Assembly: GCA_964016885.1 (NCBI GenBank)
Contig: OZ024751.1
Span: forward strand, 31,496,001-31,560,000
Source: Eledone cirrhosa
Lineage: Eukaryota
Reading direction: 5' to 3'
DNA: 64,000 nucleotides
Made by a program: the position numbers and the translations under genes. Shown here piece by piece: positions 12,500-23,768 of the stretch. The notes under the pieces are model-generated. The model ran no database searches. It had not been told where the DNA came from and saw only the letters and a program-made list of their open reading frames with translations. How positions within the stretch are numbered: position 1 is the first letter of the stretch; every line of letters begins with the position of its first letter.

Positions 12500-15400
12500 C
12501 ACACACACATACATGTGTGTGTGTATGTTGTTATCAATAATAGTTGAATAATTTATAGCTCTTGTACCATTGACTCTGCAGTGCAAGGAGAAGATGCGAC
12601 CGGTAAAGAAATCCCTGAAGCAGCTGAGTAATCCAGATGAGAGTTTATCTGAAAAAGAACTCCTGAATCAAACCCGACAGTGCCTGCTCAAGATTGGTGA
12701 CCATATCCATAACAGACTTTCAGGTTATAATAATCCAGAGAGAATCAAGGAATGGCGAAAGTAAGTTTGACCACTGACCTTCTTTTCTCTGATGAGTTTG
12801 CTGTGATGGATGTGTGATGTTAATAGATGTGAATGACAAAGCATGGATGAGCTGAGAGAAAAGAGGAATTAGATGTAGTGTGCAGGAGAGGAGACTGCAC
12901 TGGTATGGACATGTGATAACATGAATGACAAAGCATGGATGAGTTGAGAGAAAAACTGCACTGGTATGGACATGTAATATATATGGATAGTGATCGTGGG
13001 ATGAAGAAGTGCCGAGAAATCTCAGTGGAAGGAAGCTACAATTGAGGGAGATCAAGGAAAACCAGGGCAGAGGTAATGAGAGCTGATCTCAAATCACTTA
13101 ATCTCACAGAGGAGATGACAAGTGGAGAGATGCTATGCTGGAAAAGACCTGTCCAACCCATGCAAACATAGAACAGATATGAAACAATGATGGTAGTGAT
13201 GATGAGGGGGGGGGGGGGGGCTGGAAAGGGAGATGTAAAACAATGATGGTGCCTATATAAAGTAACAGCAGGATGTTGTTACTTTATATAGGCAGGAAGG
13301 AGTGAAGTGGTATATATATATTGTTACCTGACAGTAGTTAAAGACCAGTGTGGCTACAACCCTGGCTGAAAGGCTTTAAAAGACCAAACAACTACTTGCT
13401 TTTATTCTAATATACTCACAGTTCAAATCTTTCGTACATCGGATTTGCCTTTCTTTCATCTGAGAATTGATAAAATAAAATAAAACCTTTTCTTTCAGTT
13501 ATTTGTGGATATTTGTATCAGAGTTTGCTGACGCTCCACCTAAAAAGTTGTATAAATTGTATCGAACTGCTGTAAAGAAGAGAGAAGAAGAACAAGAACA
13601 GAAAGAAAAGGTCAGTTCAATTCTTTTCTTACCGTATTTCCAATGAAAAACACTGCCTATGGTTTTCAAATTAATTTGAAAATAATTAAGAATTTGGAGG
13701 GATTTAGTAATGTAACTAATATTCTGTTTACAAAGCTGGTGTTTGGAACATAACTTAACAAAGATACTTATATATAAAATTATGATGGGAAGGCTTTTAG
13801 ATATAAACACTTTAAAATAAACGTTTTTGTATGATAGAACCAGGGGTGGTTTCAAGTGGTTTGGTATCAAAAAGGGTTAAGTTACGAGAAGGTTTTTGTT
13901 CTATGACAATAATCATCAGCAGTCTCACTGATGGCACTTGATCCACATCTACAACATACGTGTTGGTCTACCATGTTATTAACACTACACACTACCTACT
14001 ACTATATGTATATATACACACAAACAACATGTTGGTCTACCATGTTAGTATCACTACAAACTGCCTGCTACTATATATATATATATATATATATGTAGGT
14101 GTCACGACAAAAAGCATCCAGTCCACGCTGTAAAGTGGTTGTGTAGGTGTCATGACAAAAAGCACCCAGCACACTCTGTAAATGTGGTTGGTGTTAGGAA
14201 GGGCATCCAGCCGTAGGAACCAAGCCAAATCAGTTCTGAGTGAGCGAATCATGGTCCCCTGACTTGATCCCTCACAAATGGACAGCCCGTCCTACCCATG
14301 CTAGCATGGAAGATGGACGTTAAATGATGATGATAATGGTATACACACACACACAACATAAACAATGTGTTGGTCTACCGTGTTACTAACACTTCACACT
14401 ACCTGCTACTTCATATCTTTAAATACTGTGTGTGTGTACATACATATATATATAATCGATGGAAGCCGCGTAGTGAGGAGACCCAAGAAGACCCGGGATA
14501 AGGTGATAAAAGCCGACCTTACCCAATTGCATCTCTCAAGAGCGATGACACAGGACTGTGACCTGGTGTCACGCAGTAATACAGAAGACCCGACTTCCCA
14601 GGGGTACAAACCGAAGCTGAAGCATATAGACAATGTGCCCACCCTCCCACTGCAAAGTGGTCGTGGAGGTGCCACGGCAAAAAAGCACCCAGCCCACACT
14701 GTAAAGTGGACGTGTAGGCGCCATGGAAAAAAAGCACCCAGCTTTCACTGTAAATGAGGTTGGTGTTAGGAAGGGCATCCAGCTGTAGAAATCAAGCCAG
14801 AATCAGTTCCCGTATGAGCAAGACAAGGTCAGCCGACTGGACACTGCCCACAACAGGACAACCCGTCTAACCCATGCTAGCGTGGAAGAATGGACGTAAA
14901 ACGATGATGATATATATATATATATATATATGCACACAACATCCAATATGCTGGTTTACCATGTTACCAACACTACACACTGCCGCTACTCCATATCTAT
15001 ATTGTTCTGTTATATATAAACTACTATTTTCTCTCTAATCCATGTTTATACCAACTGTGTGACTGGCTCTCTTCTAGGATATATAAAATATAGCACTTAG
15101 TTATGTAAATGTTTTTCTATCTACTGAACTAATTTACCACCATGTCACTTTCTGTCTGGTTGGCACATTGCTTCTCAAAACACTACACACACGGACACCA
15201 CACACGCACACACACTCTCTCTCTTCTGTCTTTATTGTAAAGTTTAACTCTATTTATAATGGTGATGATGATGATGTCTAAAGTAATATATATTTATCTA
15301 TGATGTCTAAAGTAATATATATTTATCTATGATATCTAAAATTTTATATATATATCTATGATGTCTAAAGTTTTATATATTTATCTATGATGTCTAAAGT

Positions 15401-16205
15401 TTTATATATTTATCTATGATGTCTAAAATTTTATATATTTATCTATGATGTCTAAAGTTTTATATATTTATCTATGATGTCTAAAATGTTATATATTTAT
15501 CTATGATGTCTAAAATTTTATATATTTATCTATGATGTCTAAAGTTTTATATATTTATCTATGATGTCTAAAGTTTTATATATTTATCTATGATGTCTAA
15601 AGTTTTATATATTTATCTATGATGTCTAAAGCAATATATATTTATCTATTCAGAAACCAAAATTTCCTGAAAACAAACAATTATCTAACTACAAAATTGC
15701 TAAACGACCTAGAGTTCAAAATGAACGGAAAGATGGTGGCAAGAGAACCTATAGTTCTGATCATTGGGGTGACAAAAGTAGAGACAGGTAACTCTCTCTC
15801 TCTCCCCTCCAAGTGCGAACCTAATATAACTGTTTATTTTTGCATCCTTGTGTTTGTTTTGTTTCCTTTATTAACTTTATATATATATATATATGTCTTC
15901 TGATATAGCCTTGGGTCTGCCATAGAATTTTCTATGAAATTTGGTAAACAAACAGTTAGGAAGACTGTTGAATTTGTGTGTGTCTGTGTATGTATTCATT
16001 TTACACACACAGATTCACATTGGACAGGTTTCCTAAGAGTTTTAACATGTGTCACTGGCATCAGATCTTTATTGAACCAAAATGCATTGTGATATTTAAA
16101 TCCACTAAGTTACACCCTTCTATGTAGGGAGATGATGGGATTGATGGGGTGATACGAAGTAGAAAGACGGGACATATATAAATATTTCTATGTGTGTGTG
16201 TTTGT

Positions 16206-16253
<48 letters not shown>

Positions 16254-17449
16254 CTGTAAATGTGGCTATATGTGTGTTTGTATGCATATATATATATTAT
16301 ATATATATAAAAATATGAGTCCCAGGTTTAATCAGGGTAACCACAGTTAAGGTACTCAATGCATTAGTAGAGTGTAAACATCATGTTTAATATATGGCTT
16401 CTACAGGTCTAGAACTGTTTCATTCAAAAGAAATCCTGATGATTTCTTTTGAACGAAACAGTTCTAGCCCTGTAAAAGCCATTTCTATATTAAACATGAT
16501 ATATATATATAATAATAATGAGTATAGTACCAGGAAAAACAGGAATAACTAGAGAAGAAGAATTGGTTAGAAGGAGAAATTTATTGAGAGTTCATTCCTT
16601 AACATATGTTTCTGTACAATATCCACCTACATGTGCTGACTACAAAATCTTATGCTTAATCGTATGCATTACGTAATAAATGATTGCACTTTCATCAGAA
16701 AGAGAAAAATTGTTATAGTCCAAGGCGAGGTCGTCACATTTTCGTAAAAGTTTTACTTACAGCGAACTGATCCGAGGTACATGCTATATATAGATGCATA
16801 CGTGTGTGTGTGTGTGTATGCATATATATATATATATATTTGTTTTGCAAGGTTTTTTACATGAAATAGTGTCGAAACAAATATTGTTATACTTGGGGAG
16901 GGTCATATTGTTGTAATATAGCCAGAAATAATAACAGAACACACTCACTGTTTGGTTGGTTTACGCTTCTGTATCTTTTATATCTCCATAGTTAATTTAT
17001 TTGACAATTAATGTTTATCATTGATTGACCAGTAGTTAAAAATACAGATATAAATATATATATATAAAGTCTATCAAAGTTCTTTCGTTGCACATTTGTA
17101 ACATCATCAGTGGTACTATTATGTTTCTTCCTGTTGTATTGTATGTCTACACCATTTTTATTTTTATTTATTTAAATAAATTAAAATTTAATTTATGACT
17201 ATATTTGTTGTATCTCTTCCACAGTACATCGTCTCACAGCAATGGTCCATGGCACAGCTCTTCCAATTCTAATCTTAATCATCCAACATCATTCCGTAAT
17301 TTATTAGGTAATTCAGGGAGAGAATCAAACCGCCATGATTCTCTTCCATCTTCTAATATGAACCCTCATCCAGAGAGATGGCAACATTCTAGTCCTTTGT
17401 CCAGAACAGGAGATCAGAAAAGAAACAGGTATGTATGAACAATGTGTGC

Positions 17450-17495
<46 letters not shown>

Positions 17496-20400
17496 GTGTT
17501 TGTGTGTGGAAAGTCAACAAGGAAAACATGCAGAAGAACAATAGTACAATGATGATATATGTCAGTTTTAACATGTGCCAAAGAGTCCCAATGTTTTGGA
17601 TGTTAGTCCTTCATTGGAAGATAGAATCGAGGATAGAAGAAATAGGAAGGTAGACGAAAGTTAGAAATGAATACTGTAGCTTGTTGTTGTTGAGCAAATG
17701 TGGTCGGTCTCTAATAGAGATGTGAACTGAAAAATAAGTCAGTAGAGCATTCTGACACAGGATAGTATATGTCTCAATTTATTGATAATATGATCAAGAT
17801 GGTAACTAGAAGAAGAACCAGAAGAGAAGGACTTGGGTGAGTAGGTGATTTTGATGGGTGGAACAGTGATGATAGCTATATGTTTGCTGGAGAGAGAGAG
17901 AATGATGACAGCTACATGTTAGCTAGTGAATGAGAGAGAGAGTGATGACAGCTACATGTTAGCTAGTGAATGAGAGAGAGAGAGAGAGTGATGACAGCTA
18001 CATGTTAGCTAGTGAATGAGAGAGAGAGAGTGATGACTAGCAATAGAGAGAATTGCAATGGTAGGGTGTGTAGATGTAAATCTTAATACATACATCACAT
18101 GTCATGATGAGAGAGACGTAGAGTGAATTGAATACAGACATGTCTGATGCAGTTCTATGTTACATATGGTATCCTAGTGCAAGGAATAGGAAAGATGGCA
18201 ATGGAAAGGTGTGAAAGAAACTGGACAGGGTGCAGCCAATGAAGAGGCATATTGAACAGTCATTAGATATATCAGGACTATATTGAACAGTCATCAGATA
18301 TATCAGGACTATATTGAACAGTCATCAGATATATCAGGACTATATTGAACAGTCATCAGATATATCAGGGTCATATTGAACAGTCATCAGATATATCAGG
18401 GTCATATTGAACAGTCATTAGATATATCAGGACTATATTGAACAGTCATCAGATATATCAGGACTATATTGAACAGTCATCAGATATATCAGGACTATAT
18501 TGAACAGTCATCAGATATATCAGGGTCATATTGAACAGTCATCAGATATATCAGGACTATATTGAACAGTCATCAGATATATCAGGGTCATATTGAACAG
18601 TCATCAGATATATCAGGACTATATTGAACAGTCATCAGATATATCAGGGTCATATTGAACAGTCATCAGATATATCAGGGCCTTATTGAACAGTCATCAG
18701 ATATATCAGGGTCATATTGAACAGTCATCAGATATATCAGGGCCATATTGAACAGTCATCAGATATATCAGGGTCATATTGAACAGTCATCAGATATATC
18801 AGGGTCATATTGAACAGTCATCAGATATATCAGGGTCATATTGAACAGTCATCAGATATATCAGGACTATATTGAACAGTCATCAGATATATCAGGGCCT
18901 TATTGAACAGTCATCAGATATATCAGGACTATATTGAACAGTCATCAGATATATCAGGGCCTTATTGAACAGTCATCAGATATATCAGGACTATATTGAA
19001 CAGTCATCAGATATATCAGGGCCTTATTGAACAGTCATCAGATATATCAGGGTCATATTGAACAGTCATCAGATATATCAGGGTCATATTGAACAGTCAT
19101 CAGATATATCAGGGCCATATTGAACAGTCATCAGATATATCAGGGCCATATTGAACAGTCATCAGATATATCAGGATCATATTGAACAGTCATTAGATAT
19201 ATCAGGGCCATATTGAACAGTCATCAGATATATCAGGGCCATATTGAACAGTCATCAGATATATCAGGACTATATTGAACAGTCATCAGATATATCAGGG
19301 TCATATTGAACAGTCATCAGATATATCAGGACTATATTGAACAGTCATCAGATATATCAGGGCCCTATAGTATGGAATGTCAACTATTTGACAAGGGACC
19401 CTATAGTATGGCATGTCAACAGTCATCACTGTTTTTTGTCATTTCCTTTGTAGAGATCAGTCTTTATCCGATGTCTTCCTTCATCTGCTTCTTCCACGTA
19501 CCCTGCACTTCTTTATGCAGCTGCCACATCATTCATACGCATCAGTGTATATATATTTATGTATGGATGTGTGAGTGTGTATATATTTATGTATGGATGT
19601 GTGAGTGTGTATATATTTATGTATGGATGTGTGAGTGTGTATATATTTATGTATGGATGTGTGAGTGTGTATATATTTATGTATGGATGTGTGAGTGTGT
19701 ATATATGTATGTATGTATGCATACAACAGACTTTTGTACAGTTTTCACCTACCTAATTCTATTTACAAATAATTGACCAAGCTGTAGCTATAGTATAAAC
19801 TTAGCCAAGACACCCCACAGATGGATTGAACCCAAAACCATGTGGTTGTAAAGTGAAAACCTTAACCACACAGCCATGTCCTGTGCCAAGTTATTTTGAT
19901 TAACATGCAGTTACCTTAAATGTGTGAGTTCACTTGGGTACTGTTGATATTACAGGTATGATGTTGGTTCCAACACTTACAACCGTGTCTCACATTCTCA
20001 GCCTGATATGTACCGAGGATATCATGGTGGTGACCATCACCACAGGTTGGTATATTTTTCACTTCTGTGTTTTTTTAACTTCATTGCATTTCCATGCCCC
20101 TCCCCCCTTCTTCAGTATGTGAGCACCCTACATCTACTATATATTTTTATCTTTGTTCTCTACACTGTTTCCTCTTTTAACATCATCATCATCATAGACT
20201 GGTCAGTACTCAAGTGAAGCCTCTGACCTCCAGGTGGGCCAGTGGCCTGACATATAATACCACACTTTACTCAGTGAAGTGAACTCTCTGACATGAGATA
20301 CTACACTCTATTCAATCAAGTGAAGCCTCTGACCTTCAAGTGGGCCAGTGGCCTGATATGGGATACTACACTCTACTCAGTGTATTTTATTGTGGTCGCT

Positions 20401-21505
20401 ATATTGATTTCTAATTCAAGCTCAGGCAAAATTGTTTAAATCACTCCCAGTATTTGACTGGTACTTTATTTTATGAATCATGGAAGATGAAAAGTAAGTT
20501 GACCTTGGTGGGATTTGAACTCGGAATGTAAAGAGCCGGAACAAATACTGCAACACTGCCACACCACCATCAACACCATCACTACCAACAACAACACTAC
20601 CACCATCACACTCTGTATTTGTTCAGTATTATGCTTTTTTCTTGTTTTGTTTATTGCCTTATTTTTTTGAGTTTTTTCTTTTCTTTTCTCTCTGGAAAAG
20701 TCTGCAAAGTTCTCATCATCCTCTCAAGCAAGGTTTTTCTATTTTTTAGATTTAACCATGATCGGCGGGATCGAGATCATGTATCATTCCAAGGCAGTAA
20801 TTCAGGTTATAGTTCACATAACAGATTTGATTCTCACAGTCGCAGCGGAGATTTCAGGTACCACCACAGATCTGACATGAAGCATCATCATTTAGGAAGT
20901 TCTGATCGCGCTGATAAAACGTGAGTAATCAGTCAAATACATTTCTACATAATACAAATTTATTGAAATACAAGATTTTTCAAAATACATTAACAGTGTG
21001 CATCCAGTTTAGAATAAGTACACTGTAACTCTGCATGTCATAAGAAGTGGTTAAAAGAGTTGGTGTTAGAAAGGGCATCTGACAGTAAAACATTATCTCA
21101 AAAAATCCCGGCCAACCCATGCCAGCATGGAAAAGTGCATATATATGGTTGTGTGTTAGGAAGGAAATCTGCCTCAAAAAATCCTGTCCAACCTATGCCA
21201 GCCTGGAAAAGGGAAAATAAAACGATGATGATTAACTATTTACAGAGTTGAAGTTTCCTTTTCTAGTGATATTTGGAATTAGAGATGAACAATAAATGAA
21301 TGACGTAGTGAAAAGTAGAAGGACAATGTCTGGTGTTGTTTTATGTTGTTAATACTTAGTTTATTGCTGTTACAGCCACATGCCATATCAAGACAGGAAG
21401 AGACGAAGCGATGATCGTAAAGACTACCACTCTAGCAAAGAGAGAAAGATGGATATGCCTTCTCGTTCACAAACCCTACCACAGGATTCCAAACCTCATA
21501 ACTGA
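694..21505 (+). CDS. CHD1: Chromodomain-helicase-DNA-binding protein 1 (CHD1/CHD2 family), 3' part, 15 coding exons; 5' part lies upstream of the window
   Basis: Exons 694-812, 1385(or 1391)-1593, 2622-2764, 3984-4116, 4738-4888, 6032-6142, 10211-10450, 11172-11276, 12582-12760, 13499-13610, 15654-15787, 17225-17428, 19956-20045, 20750-20920, 21376-21505 all have AG/GT borders and join in phase. Recognised CHD1 motifs: [98 protein letters not shown]. Confidence 0.93.
1385..1593 (+). CDS. CHD1: CHD1 exon, AT-hook-like KRGRPR and start of SANT-like domain
   Basis: Acceptor at 1385 or 1391 (both in frame), donor cag|gtgaat, [16 protein letters not shown]. Confidence 0.9.
2082..2425. repeat. 21-bp minisatellite (gatatctgattatgagacatr), about 16 copies
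   Basis: Direct inspection. Confidence 0.95.
2622..2764 (+). CDS. CHD1: CHD1 exon ([21 protein letters not shown]...)
   Basis: tacag acceptor, g|gtcaat donor, phases 2 to 1. Confidence 0.9.
2935..3375 (-). mobile_element. SINE with internally tandem-amplified core (5 x about 42 bp)
   Basis: Repeated ggactggagcaatgtgaaataaagtgtcttgctcaaggaca. Confidence 0.7.
3984..4116 (+). CDS. CHD1: CHD1 exon ([20 protein letters not shown]...)
   Basis: aacag acceptor, gtaagt donor, phases 1 to 2. Confidence 0.88.
4471..4668. mobile_element. piggyBac-type MITE
   Basis: TTAA-cccattagcattt...aaatgctaaatgg-TTAA; same family at 6837-7042 and 45876-46296. Confidence 0.72.
4738..4888 (+). CDS. CHD1: CHD1 exon, SLIDE-like domain ([28 protein letters not shown])
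   Basis: ttcag acceptor, aag|gtatat donor, conserved motif. Confidence 0.92.
4889..5512. repeat. 30-bp minisatellite (agrtatattcccaactctctctccctctct), about 21 copies
   Basis: Direct inspection; starts at an exon donor. Confidence 0.95.
6032..6142 (+). CDS. CHD1: CHD1 exon ([27 protein letters not shown]...)
   Basis: tatag acceptor, gtaagt donor, conserved [12 protein letters not shown]. Confidence 0.92.
6837..7042. mobile_element. piggyBac-type MITE
   Basis: TTAA-ccctttagcattt...aaatgctaaaggg terminal inverted repeats. Confidence 0.72.
7375..8155 (-). mobile_element. 5'-truncated RTE-clade LINE (RT C-terminus, Cys/His finger, 3' end with (GAT)n tail)
   Basis: [38 protein letters not shown]; near-identical to parts of 47130-47530. 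Confidence 0.88.
8160..9260 (+). mobile_element. Penelope-like element fragment: GIY-YIG endonuclease ORF (8160-8768) plus 3' region
   Basis: NVVYSIRC...[16 protein letters not shown]...EHARQQH...REASEI...LN, preceded by a Cys-rich linker CTNRKCIIC (Neptune-like); downstream sequence recurs at 16845-17170 and 63090-64000. Confidence 0.87.
9255..9835. repeat. (TA)n/(TATG) microsatellite blocks
   Basis: Direct inspection. Confidence 0.95.
9633..9680 (+). ncRNA. Minimal hammerhead-ribozyme-like motif (U3-A8 variant)
   Basis: UUGAGAA-gccc aacu gggc-GAAA-cguacg-UA; palindromic stem III; AATAAA follows. Confidence 0.55.
9838..10185 (+). mobile_element. tRNA-headed SINE with RTE-derived 3' tail
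   Basis: A-box-like tggcttagtgg, B-box-like gagttcaatt, core ccttgagcaagacactttatttcacattgctcca, tail cccacccttgcaagcagggaaa...gatgat; copies at 50340-50655 and 50760-51110. Confidence 0.8.
10211..10450 (+). CDS. CHD1: CHD1 exon, Lys/Glu-rich linker
   Basis: tgcag acceptor, gtcagt donor, 240 nt, phase 0. Confidence 0.85.
10495..10930 (-). mobile_element. Degraded RTE (Expander/Rex3-like) LINE 3' fragment
   Basis: Minus translation [25 protein letters not shown]...[10 protein letters not shown]...KVEPLLL.IERSQL with stops. Confidence 0.7.
11172..11276 (+). CDS. CHD1: CHD1 exon ([17 protein letters not shown]...VFTE)
   Basis: tttag acceptor, gag|gtcagt donor, P.H.TA..EP motif. Confidence 0.88.
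11330..11820. repeat. 22-bp minisatellite (accaatctaccctcactatctc)
   Basis: Direct inspection. Confidence 0.93.
12582..12760 (+). CDS. CHD1: CHD1 exon, CHCT (DUF4208) domain
   Basis: [15 protein letters not shown]...[12 protein letters not shown]; tgcag and gtaagt borders. Confidence 0.92.
12800..13200 (+). mobile_element. Degraded RTE LINE 3' fragment
   Basis: ELREK...[12 protein letters not shown] remnants and (GAT)n-type tail. Confidence 0.65.
13499..13610 (+). CDS. CHD1: CHD1 exon, end of CHCT domain (YLWIFVSEF...KKLYKLY)
   Basis: ttcag and aag|gtcagt borders, conserved motif. Confidence 0.9.
15271..15650. repeat. 29-bp minisatellite (atgatgtctaaagttttatatatttatct)
   Basis: Direct inspection; abuts an exon acceptor. 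Confidence 0.93.
15654..15787 (+). CDS. CHD1: CHD1 C-terminal tail exon ([10 protein letters not shown]...KSRD)
   Basis: ttcag and ag|gtaact borders, open frame, phases 0 to 2. Confidence 0.75.
16590..16706 (-). ncRNA. Hammerhead-ribozyme-like motif with long stem II insert
   Basis: ucuuu-CUGAUGA-aagugcaau...auuguaca-GAAA-cauaug-UU-aagga, then AATAAA. Confidence 0.55.
16845..17170 (-). mobile_element. Penelope-like terminal segment (diverged copy)
   Basis: Reverse complement of about 8940-9260. Confidence 0.75.
17225..17428 (+). CDS. CHD1: CHD1 C-terminal tail exon (Ser/His-rich)
   Basis: cacag and ag|gtatgt borders, phases 2 to 2. Confidence 0.78.
18249..19365. repeat. 31-bp minisatellite, about 36 copies
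   Basis: atattgaacagtcatcagatatatcagg-(act/gtc/gcc). Confidence 0.95.
19546..19710. repeat. 30-bp minisatellite
   Basis: gtatggatgtgtgagtgtgtatatatttat x5. Confidence 0.9.
19956..20045 (+). CDS. CHD1: CHD1 C-terminal tail exon ([10 protein letters not shown]...GDHHH)
   Basis: tacag and ag|gttggt borders, phases 2 to 2. Confidence 0.72.
20750..20920 (+). CDS. CHD1: CHD1 C-terminal tail exon ([10 protein letters not shown]...)
   Basis: tttag and gtgagt borders, His/Arg/Asp-rich like metazoan CHD1/2 tails. Confidence 0.8.
21376..21505 (+). CDS. CHD1: CHD1 terminal coding exon ending ...DSKPHN-stop
   Basis: tacag acceptor, in-phase TGA at 21503-21505. Confidence 0.78.
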
Positions 21506-21922
21506 AGGCTTCCATTCAGCTTTTGTTGTGAAATATTTCTTTTGCTTTTCCTGAGGAATAAATAACCGGCGCTTTAGGACTTGAGATGTGAGGTACTACT
21601 TGACTTGGATCGGTCATTTCATCTCAAGACAAGAGAAAAACAAACAAACAAATAAAAAGAAACTGATCATTTCATATACACACACATATGCGCATGTGTG
21701 CACACACACACATATATAAATACATACACACACACATAACGTGGTGTGTGTAACTGTATAAAACATATCTCTCTTATTTGGCTGTGGATGTCTTTGGCAT
21801 CATTGAATCTCCCACTCCCACATATTCCCAATAGAAAATTGCACCCTCTTAAAACAATGTCTTCTGGCCTGGTGACACCAGTGAAATCTGCTGCTGCTAT
21901 CACGTCTTCACATTATTTACAC

Positions 21923-21973
<51 letters not shown>

Positions 21974-22536
21974 TATAATCAGTTTCTTGAATTGCAGTTA
22001 ATGCAGACATAAACCACGTTCTGCATAAACATATTGAATTGATATCTTTCTCATCTGGTTATATACAAGGAGCTGTTGCCTGATGGATGTGTACACACAT
22101 GGAGAATATGCTTGTAAATGTATAACATAGTCCTACATGTCATGTGTTCTGGAGTAAATTGCTTCTTCCTCCATTCACAATGTTGAATGTATGTGTCTGT
22201 CTACTCTCCCATTCACAGCTCCTTCATCTATAATCAATCCCCCATTCACAATAATGTAGAGTGTATGTGTCTGTCCACACTCCCTTTCACAGTTCCTTCA
22301 TCTATAACCAGTCCCCCATTCACAATCAGTCTGCACAATTCACTATTAGTTTTGTTTATTTTTTTCAAACTCTGTAGCTTATTTCAAGCTGAAATTTTAA
22401 CCTAACTCCTAATTTATTTATTTTTTCTATCTTTCTCCCTTTAAAAAAAAAAAAAAAATTACATTGCTGCCCTATTAATGAAAACTTCCAAATTATATAT
22501 GCACCATTAAGTTGGTAGTTCAAAAAGAAACTAAAC

Positions 22537-22567
<31 letters not shown>

Positions 22568-23737
22568 TTGCACACACACACACACACATAATATATATAT
22601 ATACATACACACAAAATTTGAAGAAAAAAAAAAGACAAACACAAGAACCGAATGTTGTTGTAAAAACAAAACTATATATTGTATCTAACAAATTTGGACC
22701 ATCGAAGACAACATGTACTATTACTATTATTGTTGTTGTTGTTTTTAGTGGTGGTGGTGGTTAGATAAATGTGAAATAATACAGAACAGTTGATTGACAC
22801 ATGGAAACAAAGAGAGAAGCTATTGTATAAATATATCCAACTCAGTATATCTTGTTTGCTTCTTAAGAAATAATTCAGTTGAATTTCTCAACTAAACAGA
22901 GAAGAATAACTGAACAATGCACAATTATAATAACCCTTTCATTGCCATATTTCTTCTCATGAAAGATGAAAGAAAGACTCTGTATATGATATCAAATAAA
23001 AATTTGAAGGGATTTAGTAATATAACTAACTTTCTCGTTATTAAGATGGTGTTTCAAACCCCTCTTCCTCTTTCCTGTTCTCCCAAATAAATACATATTT
23101 GGAGGGATTTAGTAAGATAACTAACCTTTTTTGTTATTAAGCTGGTGTTTTGAACTCTTACTCTCGCCCTTTCCCCCAAATAAATACATATTTGAAGGGA
23201 TTTAGTAATGTAACTAACTTTCTCATTTTTAAGGAAGCTCTCTCCCACTCTCGCTTTCCCCAAAAATAAATAAAAATAAAATAAAAAAATTTCAACAACA
23301 AAATAATGCTGCAAAAGTAAATGTAGAAACATTTGCTCCCCCCAAAGAATTTTCACAAACAAACCTTACATCATCATCATCAATTAACGTCTATCTTCCA
23401 CCTTAGTATGGGTTAGACGGGTTTGTCCCAATTAGAGGCAAGTTGGGTCGTGTGACTGTCTCGCACTCATATAGGAGAGTTTCTGGCTGGTTTTCTACAG
23501 CTGGATGCCCTTCCTAACGCCAAACACATTGACAGTGTGTGCTGGGTGCTTTTTGCTGTCTTTTACACGTCCACTTTAGTGTGGGCTGGGTATTTTGGGG
23601 CTGGTTTTCTACAGCTGGATGTGCTTCCTAACGCCAACCACATTTACAGTGTGTGCTGGGTACTTTTTGTTGTGACATCTTTTATATTGTTACTATTATG
23701 TGTGCAATGTACTGACAACACACACACGCACACTGTA

Positions 23738-23768
<31 letters not shown>

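Noticed and set aside
18249-19365. Tandem CTGATGA on the minus strand as a ribozyme array
   Set aside because: No stem II-GAAA follows the motif within the 31-bp unit.
19454-19540. Possible additional CHD1 exon after ttcctttgtag
   Set aside because: No convincing in-phase donor or CHD1-like composition; the gene joins in frame without it.
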